Origin: Macrostomum hystrix
Lineage: Eukaryota; Animalia; Platyhelminthes
Reading direction: 5' to 3'
Assembly (NCBI GenBank): GCA_950097015.1
Contig: CATNEN010000039.1
Span: 13,020,001 to 13,084,000 of the forward strand
Length of the DNA: 64,000 bases
The first letter of the stretch is position 1; each line of letters opens with the position of its first letter. A program made the position numbers and the translations under genes. Shown here piece after piece: positions 10,701 through 22,974 of this stretch. Below the pieces are notes generated by a model. The model did not search any database. It saw nothing but the letters and a program-made list of their open reading frames with translations, and was not told the origin of the DNA.

Positions 10701-13489
10701 CACCGCCTCTCTAATCCACCTAGACACCCACCTCACTCCGCCTTTCTAACCCTTCTAGACACACACCTCACGCCGCCTCTCAAACCCTTCTGGACACCAA
10801 CCTCACTTCACTTTTCCACTTACAAAGACCTAGTTTTTAAACGTCCTCCCCACTACAAACGCAGTCCACGGGACCAGCCTGGCAGAGCTGCAAGCGCATG
10901 CTCTATGTGAAAGTGTCAACCCAGCGCGGTAATGCCACGGGTCACTGGCCGATACCCGAAGCCTATTGGCCCGACCAGTCAGCCTATCGTCTGCCGCCGC
11001 GCTCCGCTCATCCTCTGGTGCGCTTCGTCTGTCAGAAAGCCGAGCCGCTAGCCATCGACGGCTTCCCGTTTGACAAATACGAATTGGAACCGTCACCTCT
11101 GACGCAGTACATCCTGGAGCGACGCGAGCCGCACACGGCCTGGCAGTGTCACGTGCCCCACAGCGCCAAATCCAGCGCACCCGAGGCTCAAAAACCATTC
11201 GGCTATTTGAAACCGGCCAGTAATTTACAATCCGTCAATCTAATCGTTCTGCCCTACGATTATCCGACCCTATTTGCTCTGCTAGACGAATTGTCTAAAC
11301 TGCACAAACTGAAGCCCACGGACCAATGGCGGGCTAGATTTGCTGAATACCTGCGCAGAATGCCTACTTATTATGGCCAGCCATTGGCTAGGGCAATGGA
11401 AAAGTTTGGCGTCAAAGGCGTGGTACCGGATCAGGTAAGATTCAATTAAACTGGTCATTTAGTCATACTCACCTAATCATTTAGTCATACTCACCTGGTC
11501 ATTTAGTCATGCTCACCTGGTCATTTAGTCCTGCTCACCTGGTCATTTAGTCATACTCACCTGGTCATTTAGTCATACTCACCTGGTCATTTAGTCCTGC
11601 TCACCTGGTCATTTAGTCATACTCACCTAATCATTTAGTCATACTCACCTGGTCATTTAGTCATGCTCACCTGGTCATTTAGTCATGCTCACCTGGTCAT
11701 TTAGTCATACTCACCTAATCATTGTCATACTCACCTAATCATTTAGTCATACTCACCTGGTCATTTAGTCATACTCACCTGGTCATTTAGTCATACTCAC
11801 CTGTTCTTTTAGTCCTGCTCACCTAATCATTTAGTCACACTCACCTAATCATTTAGTCATGCTCACCTGGTTATTTAGTCATACTCACCTGGTCATTTAG
11901 TCATGCTCACCTGGTCATTTAGTCACACTCACCTGGTCATTTAGTTTGATTCACCCATAAATATAGTCATTCTATCATTATGTTTAGTTGCTTGTCATGG
12001 CCGTCAAAAATAGTGTTTTTTCATTCAGTCCTACTGACAGTAGCAACATAATATTTAATTTTATTCTTCTCTCGCTTAGGTAGCCAACGCCAGCCCAGTT
12101 AGTCCGGCGGTGCAATCCTACCTGAAGAAGGTTCGGCTAGCCGCCAAGGCCGAATTCGATCGCGTTGTAGCCACCACCGCCGCTAGCAATCAGCAGCACC
12201 CGGAGGAGGGCCGGTTTATTGAGATCATACGGCCCTGCGTTGTTCCCCTGCCAGACATCGACCTGCAGCTGGTGGCCGCTGGCGGCCGGTCTCCGGCTCT
12301 GCCGGCGCCTCAGCAGCCGCCTCTGCGACTTCAGGTCATCAGTCAGCAGCAGCAGTTGCAACAGCAGCAGCATCAGCAGACAGACGCTATCCGGCCATTT
12401 CAGAATCCGTTTCACGTGCCACGAGAATCGCTGCGCACCTGCTTAGTTCAAATGCGAGCAAACCTGATGGCCGCTCTGCGAGGAGCCTCGCCAGTTCACG
12501 ACGATTCTAGGCACAGCCAGCCGGTGTCCGTCATGGGCAACTACACCGAGTACCTGAAACGGCAGCCGCCGCCGCTGCGTGAAATCGAATCCAGCCCTCT
12601 GCGCTTGCACACATTCGGCAACCCGTTCAAACTCGCCAAACAGATGAAACAGGTTGGCTTTCAGGCTGTTGACGAGGCCGACGAGCTACAGCAGCTGGCT
12701 AGCAACAGGAAGCGGCCCCTGTCAGGCTCCGGCGGTGTCGGCGGCGGAGTCAACCCCGTCGGCGTCGACGGCGGCTTCTCATCGTCGCCGCTGCCGAAGC
12801 GTCGAAAGCCCGGCCCGCTGCCGCCTGATGTAACGCTGCGCTCGATTCGCTCGCCGACACCGTCGCCATCGGCGTCACCGTTGTATCGACGCGATTCGAC
12901 GGACTCTAATTTGTCAACAGTCAGCGAGAGTGAAACTTTAACTGGCCTATCAGCGTCGCCTCCAATGTCGCCAACATCGCCAATGTCGCCTCCTCGTCTG
13001 CTTCCGGCGCACTCCGACATTGATGACGTCAACGGAGCCGGCGACATCGGCTCCCCGTCCTCAATGTCGGATTCCGCATCGACAATTGTCGATTTCTATT
13101 CGCCATCATCGCCGTCATCTCCGCCGACACTCTCGCCGGCGGCGGCAGCCGCTGCCGTTCTAGAAGAGCGTCGCCAGTTTGAAGCCTGCGAGCGTCTGCT
13201 AGCTGAGCTGCTGCCCAGTGTGCGCGCCTGCCCCGCTGGCCGGCTTGCCGACCTGCCCGACCGAATCGTTGCCTGCCGCTGCCGCCCGGAGCAGCGATGT
13301 GCCATGGTCGACTGTCTGGAAGCTGAGGCCGCCAGATTTCGTCGACGCGATCTGGTGCGATTGCTCAAGCGACTCGGCCGATGGCTGGCTTCGGTTAGCG
13401 ATGATGCCGTGGCTCTTCAAGAGGCAGTTGCGGCGGCGGCGGCTGAGGCATCGGCTGTTCCGGCGGCTTCTGCAGTTTCTTCAGAATAG
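7713..13489 (+). CDS. INTS6: Integrator complex subunit 6 (DICE1/DDX26)
   Basis: Exons 7713-7922, 8749-9015, 10201-10503, 10865-11434 and 12080-13489; all GT-AG, phase 0. VWA N-terminus (IIVFLMDNSASMNQRTYLGTT), ELTQEPFRWDQR, GHWPIPE, FPFDKYELEPSPLTQYILER, RLHTFGNPFKL, and C-terminal EAARFRRRDL. Confidence 0.96.
8345..8630 (-). mobile_element. tRNA-derived SINE, family A (CORE-like)
   Basis: Reverse complement matches the copy at 15480-15775: B box GGTTCGATTCC followed by TGTGTCCTTAAGCAAAAACTTAACTC. Lies in INTS6 intron 1. Confidence 0.85.
9035..9870. repeat. 32-bp minisatellite (CCTACTGACCCCCGTTCCTCCTGACACTCATA)n in INTS6 intron 2
   Basis: About 25 copies with degenerate edges. Confidence 0.96.
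10525..10815. repeat. Degenerate C-rich tandem repeat in INTS6 intron 3
   Basis: Recurrent ACACCCACCTCACTCC motifs. Confidence 0.8.
11450..11945. repeat. 22-bp minisatellite (CTGGTCATTTAGTCATACTCAC)n in INTS6 intron 4
   Basis: About 22 copies; the antisense strand reads CAG|GTGAGT (or GTGAGC) in most units. Confidence 0.96.
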
Positions 13490-13544
13490 AGTGACATGGA
13501 TTTCTCTTCTAAAACCTATAAAACGATTCACGGAATCGTGAGTT

Positions 13545-14225
13545 CAGTATTGTTATCCCAATCCGATGGGAATTCAGTATTTTAATCCCAATCCGATGGG
13601 ATTTCAGTATTGTTATCCCAATCAGATGGGATTTCGGTCTTGTTATCCCAATCGGATGGAATTTCAGTCTTGTTATCCCAATCAGATGGGATTTCGGTCT
13701 TGTTATCCCAATCGGATGGGATTTCATTCTTGTTATCCCAATCGGTTGGGATTTCAGTATTGTTATCCCAATCAGATGGGATTTCGGTCTTGTTATCCCA
13801 ATCCGATGGGAATTCAGTATTGTTATCCCAATCGGATGGGAATTCAGTATTTTAATCCCAATCCGATGGGATTTCAGTATTGTTATCCCAATCAGATGGG
13901 ATTTCGGTCTTGTTATCCCAATCAGATGGGATTTCGGTCTTGTTATCCCAATCGGATGGAATTTCAGTCTTCTTATCCCAATCGGATGGGATTTCAGTCT
14001 TGTTATCCCAATCAGATGGGATTTCAGTATTGTTATCCCAATCGGATGGGATTTCAGTCTTCTTATCCCAATCAGATGGGATTTCGGTCTTGTTATCCCA
14101 ATCAGATGGGATTTCAGTATTGTTATCCCAATCGGATGGGATTTCAGTATTGTTATCCCAATCAGATGGGATTTCAGTATTGTTATCCCAATCGGATGGG
14201 ATTTCAGTATTGTTATCCCAGTCGA
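13545..14225. repeat. 30-bp minisatellite (TGTTATCCCAATCAGATGGGATTTCAGTAT)n after the INTS6 stop
   Basis: About 22 copies; each unit has an ATCCCA-N6-TGGGAT hairpin. Confidence 0.97.
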
Positions 14226-14959
14226 ATCGGACTCAAGTTTTTATCCCAAAACCATGATAATAGTCTGATAGACCGAAATTCTTTCTTGTGATGCCGTGAA
14301 TTGAGTTCATCTGGCAAAGCTGCTTACAAAAATTATTACTCTTATTATTGTAATTTTTAATACTAATTCGATCTTGTCATTTGCGTGCCACTTGCTTAAG
14401 AGTTTTTCTACTTGTTGCATTTGTTTGCTATTATTGGTTTATATTAATATAATATATAATTAATTTAGAAAAGCTGAATGTTGACAATTGCAAATAACAT
14501 AGTAAAATTTGTAAAATATAACTTAAAAAAATAATCTGTTATATATACTAAAATTATTCAGTTGTAGATGTTGTTAATTTACTTCTTCTACACACATCTT
14601 TATTTGTACTTTTAGTTACAACTGTGTCTGAAATACTTCTTTGTTAGCTCGAAATCAGTTTAACAGTCATAGATCTAGATATAATTATGAGTAGCTTCTC
14701 AATTATATTTCCGATTCTATTTTTATTTCTCGTATCATGAATTTTGTTCGCCATATTTGCGTCCCTAATTGAGCTGTTAATTAGCTATATTTATAGAGCT
14801 GGGGTAATTATCCCAATCATTTGCTGGCCTTTGAGAGCCCTCTTGACCTTGAACTCTTTAGAATGGAAATTAATGAAAAAAATCTAGCTTTTTCTCAGCT
14901 GCATCTATTTTCCCGTATTCCTCTGTGAAATATTACTGGTATCTTTCCCCTGGTATTTC

Positions 14960-15040
14960 GAATACCATCGCCTTATTCACCATAGCTCCCAAATCGAATG
15001 GCCGATTTTCATAAAAGTCCACCATCTGAATCAAAATTCT
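14960..15040 (+). repeat. Unclassified dispersed repeat; other copies at ~56312-56378 and ~63165-63250
   Basis: Shared core ...GCCTA(C)TTCAC..ATAGCTCCCAAAT..AATG.C.GATTTTC.T.AAAGTCCACCATCTGAATC in three places. Confidence 0.7.
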
Positions 15041-15263
15041 CCGCTATTCTCCTCAACCATATCAGACTCGCTTTCTCTCTCTCTTCTTTTTTCCAATTTC
15101 TTCTAGTTGCAGGTCAGTGCCGACTTGCAGATAAAATTTGGCTATTGAATTATGGGGACAATTTTTTTCATTAGGCTCTTCGAGAGTCCCAATGTGCCAT
15201 CATTTTTTTATTATTGTTGTAAAGTGTTCAGAAAAGAATTCGCTGCCGACTTTTCTATTACAG

Positions 15264-18200
15264 TCTGGCCAAGTGGATCTGGCATTGTTCCTTGATTGGT
15301 TCGATCGGCATTTGTCCATCGTGTAAGTCTGATAATGATTTAACTTCAAGAGAACGCGGTAAATAAAAGTACAACACTGTTCAATAAACTACAGAGTAAA
15401 AGAGCACAGAAAATTCTAAAAGTACGCATAACATAACAAGCGCTAAGCTTTGTAATTCTGCATTGTAACTATGCAGAGAGGTTGTAGCCTAGTGGTTAGG
15501 GCGTCGGACTCACGACTTGAAGGTCGGGTGTTCGATTCCCGACTCCACTAGAACAATTTGTGTCCTTTAGCAAGACACTTAACTCTGCATTGCTTCAGTT
15601 CACCCTGCTGTTAAAAGGGTACCAGCATTAGCTGGGATAATTGAAGGTGGGTGTGGCGTCCCCCCAGTCCATGGACTGAACAGCTGTCGGCTGTATGCAG
15701 CCTTCAGTTGCGCCGCACAATAGCTGCGGCTGTGCTGTCGATCGGCTAGCTGCGGATTGCGGGCAATTGCAAACACTCACACAGGTGTGTACATCTGCGC
15801 TGACTTGCTGATCGTCAGGCAGTGTACACTGTCACTGTGCCTTGGAGGTTGGACCTCCAGGGCATAAACTGCACGACAAGCCCCCAAGCCTTCTCTCCGC
15901 GGCTGCGCCCCAAATAAATGTGGCCTCGCCGCAGAATCGAAAAGGAAAAGTATTTTAAGTTTACATTTTTATAAAAGCATAAAAGTGCAAACCTTATTTA
16001 AGGACCACCTGCGAATTTCTGCCTCATCACGTCGAGCATCCCTTTACTGCTGCTCCCGCCGAGCAGCTGGAAGACTCGCCCGCCTACGCGTGCATCGAAG
16101 GCCATCTGGGCATCTGTAGCTGCGTTGCCAAGGCAACTATGCGCTTAGCCTACTCCGACGGGAAAAGTCACAGTGCAACCGTTGGCCTGCCCAGACACTT
16201 GCGAATGGATGTTAAAGATGAGAGGGTGAGTTTAATCCCTCAAAGCTGTTTAGAGTGCCCGTTTCTTTTCATTAAATCCACGCCCACGAGAGTCAACATC
16301 CAGTGTGTACACTGCCTAACACTGCCTGCCTGATGTTGGATTCAGGTGAATTGATTAGGGGCAGCTTTTAACGAAGGTCTGAGTTCAAATGACAATCCGA
16401 GTATGTTTTCATTTCAAGGGGTCAGTGGCGGGGCAGTTAACGCGTCTGCCTCTCGCACCAAGGTCCCTGGGCTCGATTCTGCGACGAGGCCACATTAAAT
16501 TGGCGCGCAGCCGCCGAGAGAAGGCTTGGGTGCTTGTATTGTAATTTAAGCCCTCGAGGGCCAACCTCCAAGGCACAGTAAGAGTGTACACTGCCTGACA
16601 ATGAGAACGTCAAGGCAGATGTACACACCTGTGTGAGTGTGTCTGTGTACAGTATCTGTGTGCGTGTGTGCTCAGGAGTCAGCGAAATGGGCAGGATTGC
16701 CTCCTCGCTGGCTGCGGGTCTAGTGTCACAAAATGAAGTGTCATTGCCTGTAGCCCTCGTGCAATTATTATTATGATTATTATTTATATATTTTCTCTTT
16801 CAGATCCTACTAAATTTACTCCTATTGATAAACACAGAAGTTTCGACTCTGTGGAACGTCAGGCGTTGTCATTTCGCTGGCTTGATCGATAGTATTGATT
16901 CTACGTCTATTTGGGAGTCGATATCGGCCACTATTGGTGAAGAGCTAAACTATGTTCGATTGTGCCTCAGCGTTCGGCCAAAATCGCAGACAGTTTTTCA
17001 ATATCGGTAAAATTTGAGAACTTTTCGAGAAGGGCTCAGTAATAAGGTGATGAGCAGTATAAAGGACAACGCGTTTTTTCCCTTGGGGAGAGACCACGAT
17101 ATTGGTTCAATAGCATAATAATTAAAAATAATATTAATACAAAATTATTAACTATATTTATAATAACTAATAACTATAACTGGTTTTCAACTTCTATTTC
17201 AAACTAAGTAACTTCAATTTCGCCCGCGTGGAGGGGGGATTCTCGTGTGCAACCGATTAGTAACTTTAATTTCGCCCGCGTGGAGGGGGATGCTCGTGTG
17301 TAACCGATTAGTAACTTCAATTTCGCCCGCGTGGAGGGGGGATTCTCGTGTGCAACCGATTAGTAACTTCAATTTCGCCCGCGTGGAGGGGGGATTCTCG
17401 TGTGCAACCGATTAGTAACTTCAATTTCGCCCGCGTGGAGGGGGATGCTCGTGTGTAACCGATTAGTAACTTCAATTTCGCCCGCGTGGAGGGGGATTCT
17501 CGTGTGCAACCGATTAGTAACTTCAATTTCGCCCGCGTGGAGGAGGATTCTTGTGTGCAACCGATTAGTAACTTCAATTTCACCCTCGTGGAGGGGGATT
17601 CTCGTGTGCAACCGATTAGTAACTTCAATTTCGCCCGCGTGGAGGAGGATTCTTGTGTGCAACCGATTAGTAACTTTAATTTCGCCCGCGTCGAGGGGGA
17701 TTCTCGTGTGTAACCGATTAGTAACTTCAATTTCGTCTCTTCAGCACAGCGATTTGTGTTTGCGTCCGCTCTGTGAAATATGGACTTTGTCCTTGCCTTT
17801 GATCTTCACCGACTCCGCCGCAATGCAATTATAATAATTCTGTCAAGTGTCGAGAGATTTAATGCCCTGTGAATTTATGACCCTATAGCACAGAATCACA
17901 AAAAATTCTGCTAATTGGATGGCGCCGACACTTTCACATCCAGCCGCTGTTGGATCTCGTATCTTATTGGAGCGACAATACGAGCTCTTTTTGTTGTTTG
18001 TCTCCCACTCTGGTGTCTTCCCTGAGACGTCAAAAATGTATATTGAAAGTACAGGCCCACTTCTAATGTCATGGCCTATTCTAATGTTTGAAGCCGGATT
18101 AAACAAATTCATGACGAAATAGAAGTTACTTTTGTGAAATTGATTTACTCTAACTTGGGCAGGCCGGTCTCGCGGGCGAAATTGAAGTTACTTAGTTTGA

Positions 18201-18922
18201 AATAGAAGTTGAAAACCAATAATAGCCGACATGGATGCATTGTGGAATTTTGTGAGTTGAAATGTATGCCCGTGCCTATAGACGTATTTGGGGTTTTGTG
18301 ATTTTGAGCCGATATTTTTAACGGGTAGTTATTTTAGCCACTGTCCTCGATTTTCATATTGATTAGTTAAACATCTTACAGATCAGAAAAAAAGAAAATG
18401 TGGGTATAATTAAATTCCACCAGGCACTGGTTGCTATGCCGTTGTCAGGCGCTGACTAGCTACAACCAGAACCAGCGCAGTCTCGCACTGGCCGAACTCG
18501 AGCTTGTATTCGACTGTGGCAGGCGCTACAAGCACAACTACGCAGCCTGGGACTATGCCAGGCTGGTGCTACTGTCTATGGCCCAACCTGTCCGCGACGA
18601 GCTGCTGCAGCACGCCCTAGCGGCTACTGCGCAATTCCAATTGACTCGCCTCACCGACATTTCTGCTGTTTGTTTTAAAATCTTTCTGCTAGAAAATTGT
18701 CAATCGAATAATTTCATCGGGTCCGAAGCTGATTGGCTGTGTGATTTGCTTGGCTATCATCCAGTGTTTCCTAGTTTGCTTGTGTTGGCCAAGTATCTTC
18801 ACACTAGGCTTAGCAATATCGTTTGTTCAGAGACAAATTCGTCTGTTGACGTGGCCACACTAACTGGTCGAATTGGCGAACTGATTGCTAGCCAGATGCC
18901 GTCGGGTTCTAGTTATTCCTGA
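15264..18922 (+). CDS. PTAR1: Protein prenyltransferase alpha-subunit repeat protein (GGTase-III alpha)
   Basis: Exons 15264-15322 (ends phase 2), 16003-16225 (phase 0), 16804-17006 (phase 2) and 18424-18922 join in frame. Motifs SPAYACIEGHLGI, LLLINTEVSTLWNVRR, LSVRPKSQTVFQYRHWL and GRRYKHNYAAWDY match PTAR1 PPTA repeats. No ATG in the first recognisable exon. Confidence 0.82.
15480..15775 (+). mobile_element. tRNA-derived SINE, family A (CORE-like)
   Basis: A box TAGCCTAGTGG and B box GTTCGATTCC, then TGTGTCCTTTAGCAAGACACTTAACTCTGCATTGCTTCAGT resembling the CORE-SINE domain. Multi-copy in the window. Confidence 0.88.
15776..15941 (-). mobile_element. SINE family B, partial
   Basis: Reverse complement of part of 16418-16785. 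Confidence 0.82.
16418..16785 (+). mobile_element. tRNA-derived SINE, family B, near full length
   Basis: tRNA-like head (GGGTCAGTGGCG...GGCTCGATTC), conserved body and (ATT)n tail. Homologous copies at 33270, 57678 and 58220. Confidence 0.85.
17181..18218. mobile_element. Non-autonomous DNA transposon with 48-bp terminal inverted repeats and an internal TIR-derived ~58-bp minisatellite
   Basis: TGGTTTTCAACTTCTATTTCAAACTAAGTAACTTCAATTTCGCCCGCG (17181-17228) has an exact reverse complement at 18171-18218. About 9 tandem units at 17207-17735. No clear TSD. In PTAR1 intron 3. Confidence 0.85.
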
Positions 18923-19109
18923 CCTAAAAACTGTGTCTAGATATAAAACAAAACAATTTTTGATAAGTTCATGCATTTTGTTAACTTTTTAAATGGAAGA
19001 AGTAAATATAATCATGAGTCTTAAGTCTGTTATTTGTTTGTGATTTTTATTTCAAAATTCATGATACTTACACTTTGTGCGTTTTTACTCTTACTTTCGT
19101 AATCCAACT

Positions 19110-21685
19110 CGATGGGAAAACAGGACGATGCTATACTGCTAATAACAGGACAGAAATCCAATTCTATTCTGCTGATAACAGGACAGAAATCCAATTCTAT
19201 TCTGCTGATAACAGGACAGAAATCCAATTCTATTCTGCTGATAACAGGACAGAAATCCAATTCTATTCTGCTGATAACAGGACAGAAATCCAATTCTATT
19301 CTGCTGATAACAGGACAGAAATCCCATGCTACTGCTGATAACAGGACAGAAATCCCATGCTATACTGCTGATAACAGGACAGAAATCCAATTCTATTCTG
19401 CTGATAACAGGACAGAAATCCAATTCTATTCTGCTGATAACAGGACAGAAATCCAATTCTATTCTGCTGATAACAGGATAGAAATCCCATGCTATACTGC
19501 TGATAACAGGACAGAAATCCCATGCTATACTGCTGATAACAGGACAGAAATCCCATGCTATACTGCTGATAACAGGACAGAAATCCCATGCTATACTGCT
19601 GATAACAGGACAGAAATCCCATGCTACTGCTGATAACAAGATAACAGGACAAATCCCATGCTACTGCTGATAACAGGACAGAAATCCCATGCTACTGCTG
19701 ATAACAGGACAGAAATCCCATGCTACTGCTGATAACAAGATAACCGGACAAATCCCATGCTACTGCTGATAACAAGATAACAGGACAAATCCCATGCTAC
19801 TGCTGATAACAGGACAGAAATCCCATGCTACTGCTGATAACAGGACAGAAATCCCATGCTACTGCTGATAACAAGATAACAGGACAAATCCCATGCTACT
19901 GCTGATAACAAGATAACAGGACAAATCCCATGCTACTGCTGATAACAAGATAACAGGACAAATCCCATGCTACTGCTGATAACAGGACAAATCCCATGCT
20001 ACTGCTGATAACAGGACAAATCCCATGCTACTGCTGATAACAGGAAAGAAATCCCATGCTACTGCTGATAACAGGACAGAAATCCCATGCTACTGCTGAT
20101 AACAGGAAAGAAATCCCATGCTACTGCTGATAACAGGAAAGAAATCCCAAGCTACTGCTGATAACAGGAAAGAAATCCCATGCTACTGCTGATAACAGGA
20201 CAGAAATCCCATGCTACTGCTGATAACAGGACAGAAATCCCGTGCTACTGCTGAAAACAGGACAGAAATCCCAAGCCACTGCTGATAACAGGACAGAAAT
20301 CCCATGCTACTGCTGAAAACAGGACAGAAATCCCAAGCCACTGCTGATAACAGGACAGAAATCCCATGCTACTGCTGAAAACAGGACAGAAATCCCATGC
20401 TACTGCTGATAACAGGACAGAAATCCCGTGCTACTGCTGAAAACAGGACAGAAATCCCAAGCCACTGCTGATAACAGGACAGAAATCCCATGCTACTGCT
20501 GAAAACAGGACAGAAATCCCAAGCTACTGCTGATAACAGGACAGAAATCCCATGCTACTGCTGATAACAGGACAGAAATCCCATGCTACTGCTGAAAACA
20601 GGACAGAAATCCCAAGCCACTGCTGATAACAGGACAGAAATCCCATGCTACTGCTGATAACAGGACAGAAATCCCATGCTACTGCTGATAACAGGACAGA
20701 AATCCCATGCTACTGCTGATAACAGGACAGAAATCCCATGCTACTGCTGATAACAGGAAAGAAATCCCATGCTACTGCTGATAACAGGACAGAAATCCCA
20801 TGCTACTGCTGATAACAGGACAGAAATCCCATGCTACTGCTGATAACAGGAAAGAAATCCCAAGCTACTGCTGATAACAGGAAAGAAATCCCATGCTACT
20901 GCTGATAACAGGACAGAAATCCCATGCTACTGCTGATAACAGGACAGAAATCCCGTGCTACTGCTGAAAACAGGACAGAAATCCCAAGCCACTGCTGATA
21001 ACAGGACAGAAATCCCATGCTACTGCTGATAACAGGACAAATCCCATGCTACTGCTGATAACAGGACAGAAATCCCATGCTACTGCTGATAACAGGAAAG
21101 AAATCCCATGCTACTGCTGATAACAGGAAAGAAATCCCAAGCTACTGCTGATAACAGGAAAGAAATCCCATGCTACTGCTGATAACAGGACAGAAATCCC
21201 ATGCTACTGCTGATAACAGGACAGAAATCCCGTGCTACTGCTGAAAACAGGACAGAAATCCCAAGCCACTGCTGATAACAGGACAGAAATCCCATGCTAC
21301 TGCTGATAACAGGACAGAAATCCCAAGCTACTGCTGATAACAGGACAGAAATCCCAAGCTACTGCTGATAACAGGACAGAAATCCCGTGCTACTGCTGAT
21401 AACAGGACAGAAATCCCATGCTACTGCTGATAACAGGACAGAAATCCCATGCTACTGCTGAAAACAGGACAGAAATCCCAAGCCACTGCTGAAAACAGGA
21501 CAGAAATCCCAAGCCACTGCTGAAAACAGGACAGAAATCCCAAGCCACTGCTGAAAACAGGACAGAAATCCCATGCTACTGCTGAAAACAGGAAAGAAAT
21601 CCCAAGCCACTGCTGATAACAGGACAGAAATCCCAAGCCACTGCTGAAAACAGGACAGAAATCCCGTGCTACTGCTGATAACTGG
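19110..21685. repeat. 31/33-bp minisatellite (CTACTGCTGATAACAGGACAGAAATCCCATG)n
   Basis: About 80 copies in the convergent intergenic zone between PTAR1 and the HAUS2-like gene. Confidence 0.97.
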
Positions 21686-22974
21686 CAATGCTAATGCAGA
21701 TTTTCTCTCCTTAATAGCCCACATCAATGGATTAGATTTCACTTGATTTGCTGCATGGATTAACACTAGTAAATTAGTTTTTGCTTTATGCCAGGAAGTT
21801 CTGTCTAAAGTTGCGACAAATTCGTGTGCAGTTGTTTTAGTTGACTGTAGGCAGACTGGCTATCTAGCCTTAACAAATTGAGAGCCGTCTGTAATATCAA
21901 TATGGTTACACTAACATTCTAGCATTTACTTTAATAAGTTGTCATGTTTGCCTTGGGCCCTAGAGACAACGGCTTAGCTTTCGCACTAGTTGATGAAGCA
22001 CTGTACACAATATTTTTAGTTTACCAAAAGTGATTGCTGACTGCAAACATTGTACTACAACTGCATGCCGTATTTGAATAGCTCATGGGATAAAATTTCA
22101 CTTTTTATTCAGTGTCAGATTTGACGTTTCGGAGTAACTACTGAAGCATCTAGCATTAGTGACAAGGAAGTTAAAATTCTTACTTGGAAGACCCGATTAG
22201 TTTAATTTTTTTAAATTGAGATTATAGCTAAATATATTTCTATTTATTAAAGTTATAAATATCTACTACTTTATTATTATATAGAGCTTAATCCTAAAGA
22301 GCTTACGATTTATAAAAATCCTATAAGAAAATGCAATGACTAAATTAACTGAATTCGTCTATTGTGATCAACGCGGCACAGCCATTTATAGGAGGTTTTT
22401 ATATTTATTTGTTTAGTTTACACATTAGAAGCCATGTAAATAAGGAAAAACTGTGAATAATTAGTCCTTGGAAAATATTTTGCAATTCAGTGGTATTTTT
22501 TCACCTGTCTATGGCCGAATCGTATTCACGAAATGTTTTTTTCCATTAAGAAGACATTGCAAATCAATAGAACTATATAATTATAATCCTTCAGTATATA
22601 TGCTGATGTTGTTAAATTGTTACTGATCTAGATTGTATCGATATTGAAGAATTGATGAATTGTAAGGCTCGTTGAAATCAGAATAAAAAAATAAAAACTA
22701 AACAAAGTATAAAACAAATGTCTTCTATTACACAACAGTCTTAACAACAAAGCCAAAAAGTATTAACAAGATACGTACTAGGCTAGTTAGTACAGTCTCA
22801 ACTAAAAAAAAGAATTAAACTTGCCTAATTGGAATAAATATTGATTAGTCAGAGTGCAATACAGTGTTGCATTGATGCAATTCAATTGGTAACTGTTATT
22901 TAGAGCATTACTTGAATGCCGACGATTAGTGAAGGCGATATGTATAGAAATATTGTTTTCTTAATTCAAGAAGA

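Noticed and set aside
15480-15552. tRNA gene (A/B boxes, CAC anticodon-like loop); also 8560-8630, 56392-56462 and 56935-56982
   Set aside because: The acceptor stem does not pair, and the sequence continues into a shared SINE body; these are SINE heads.
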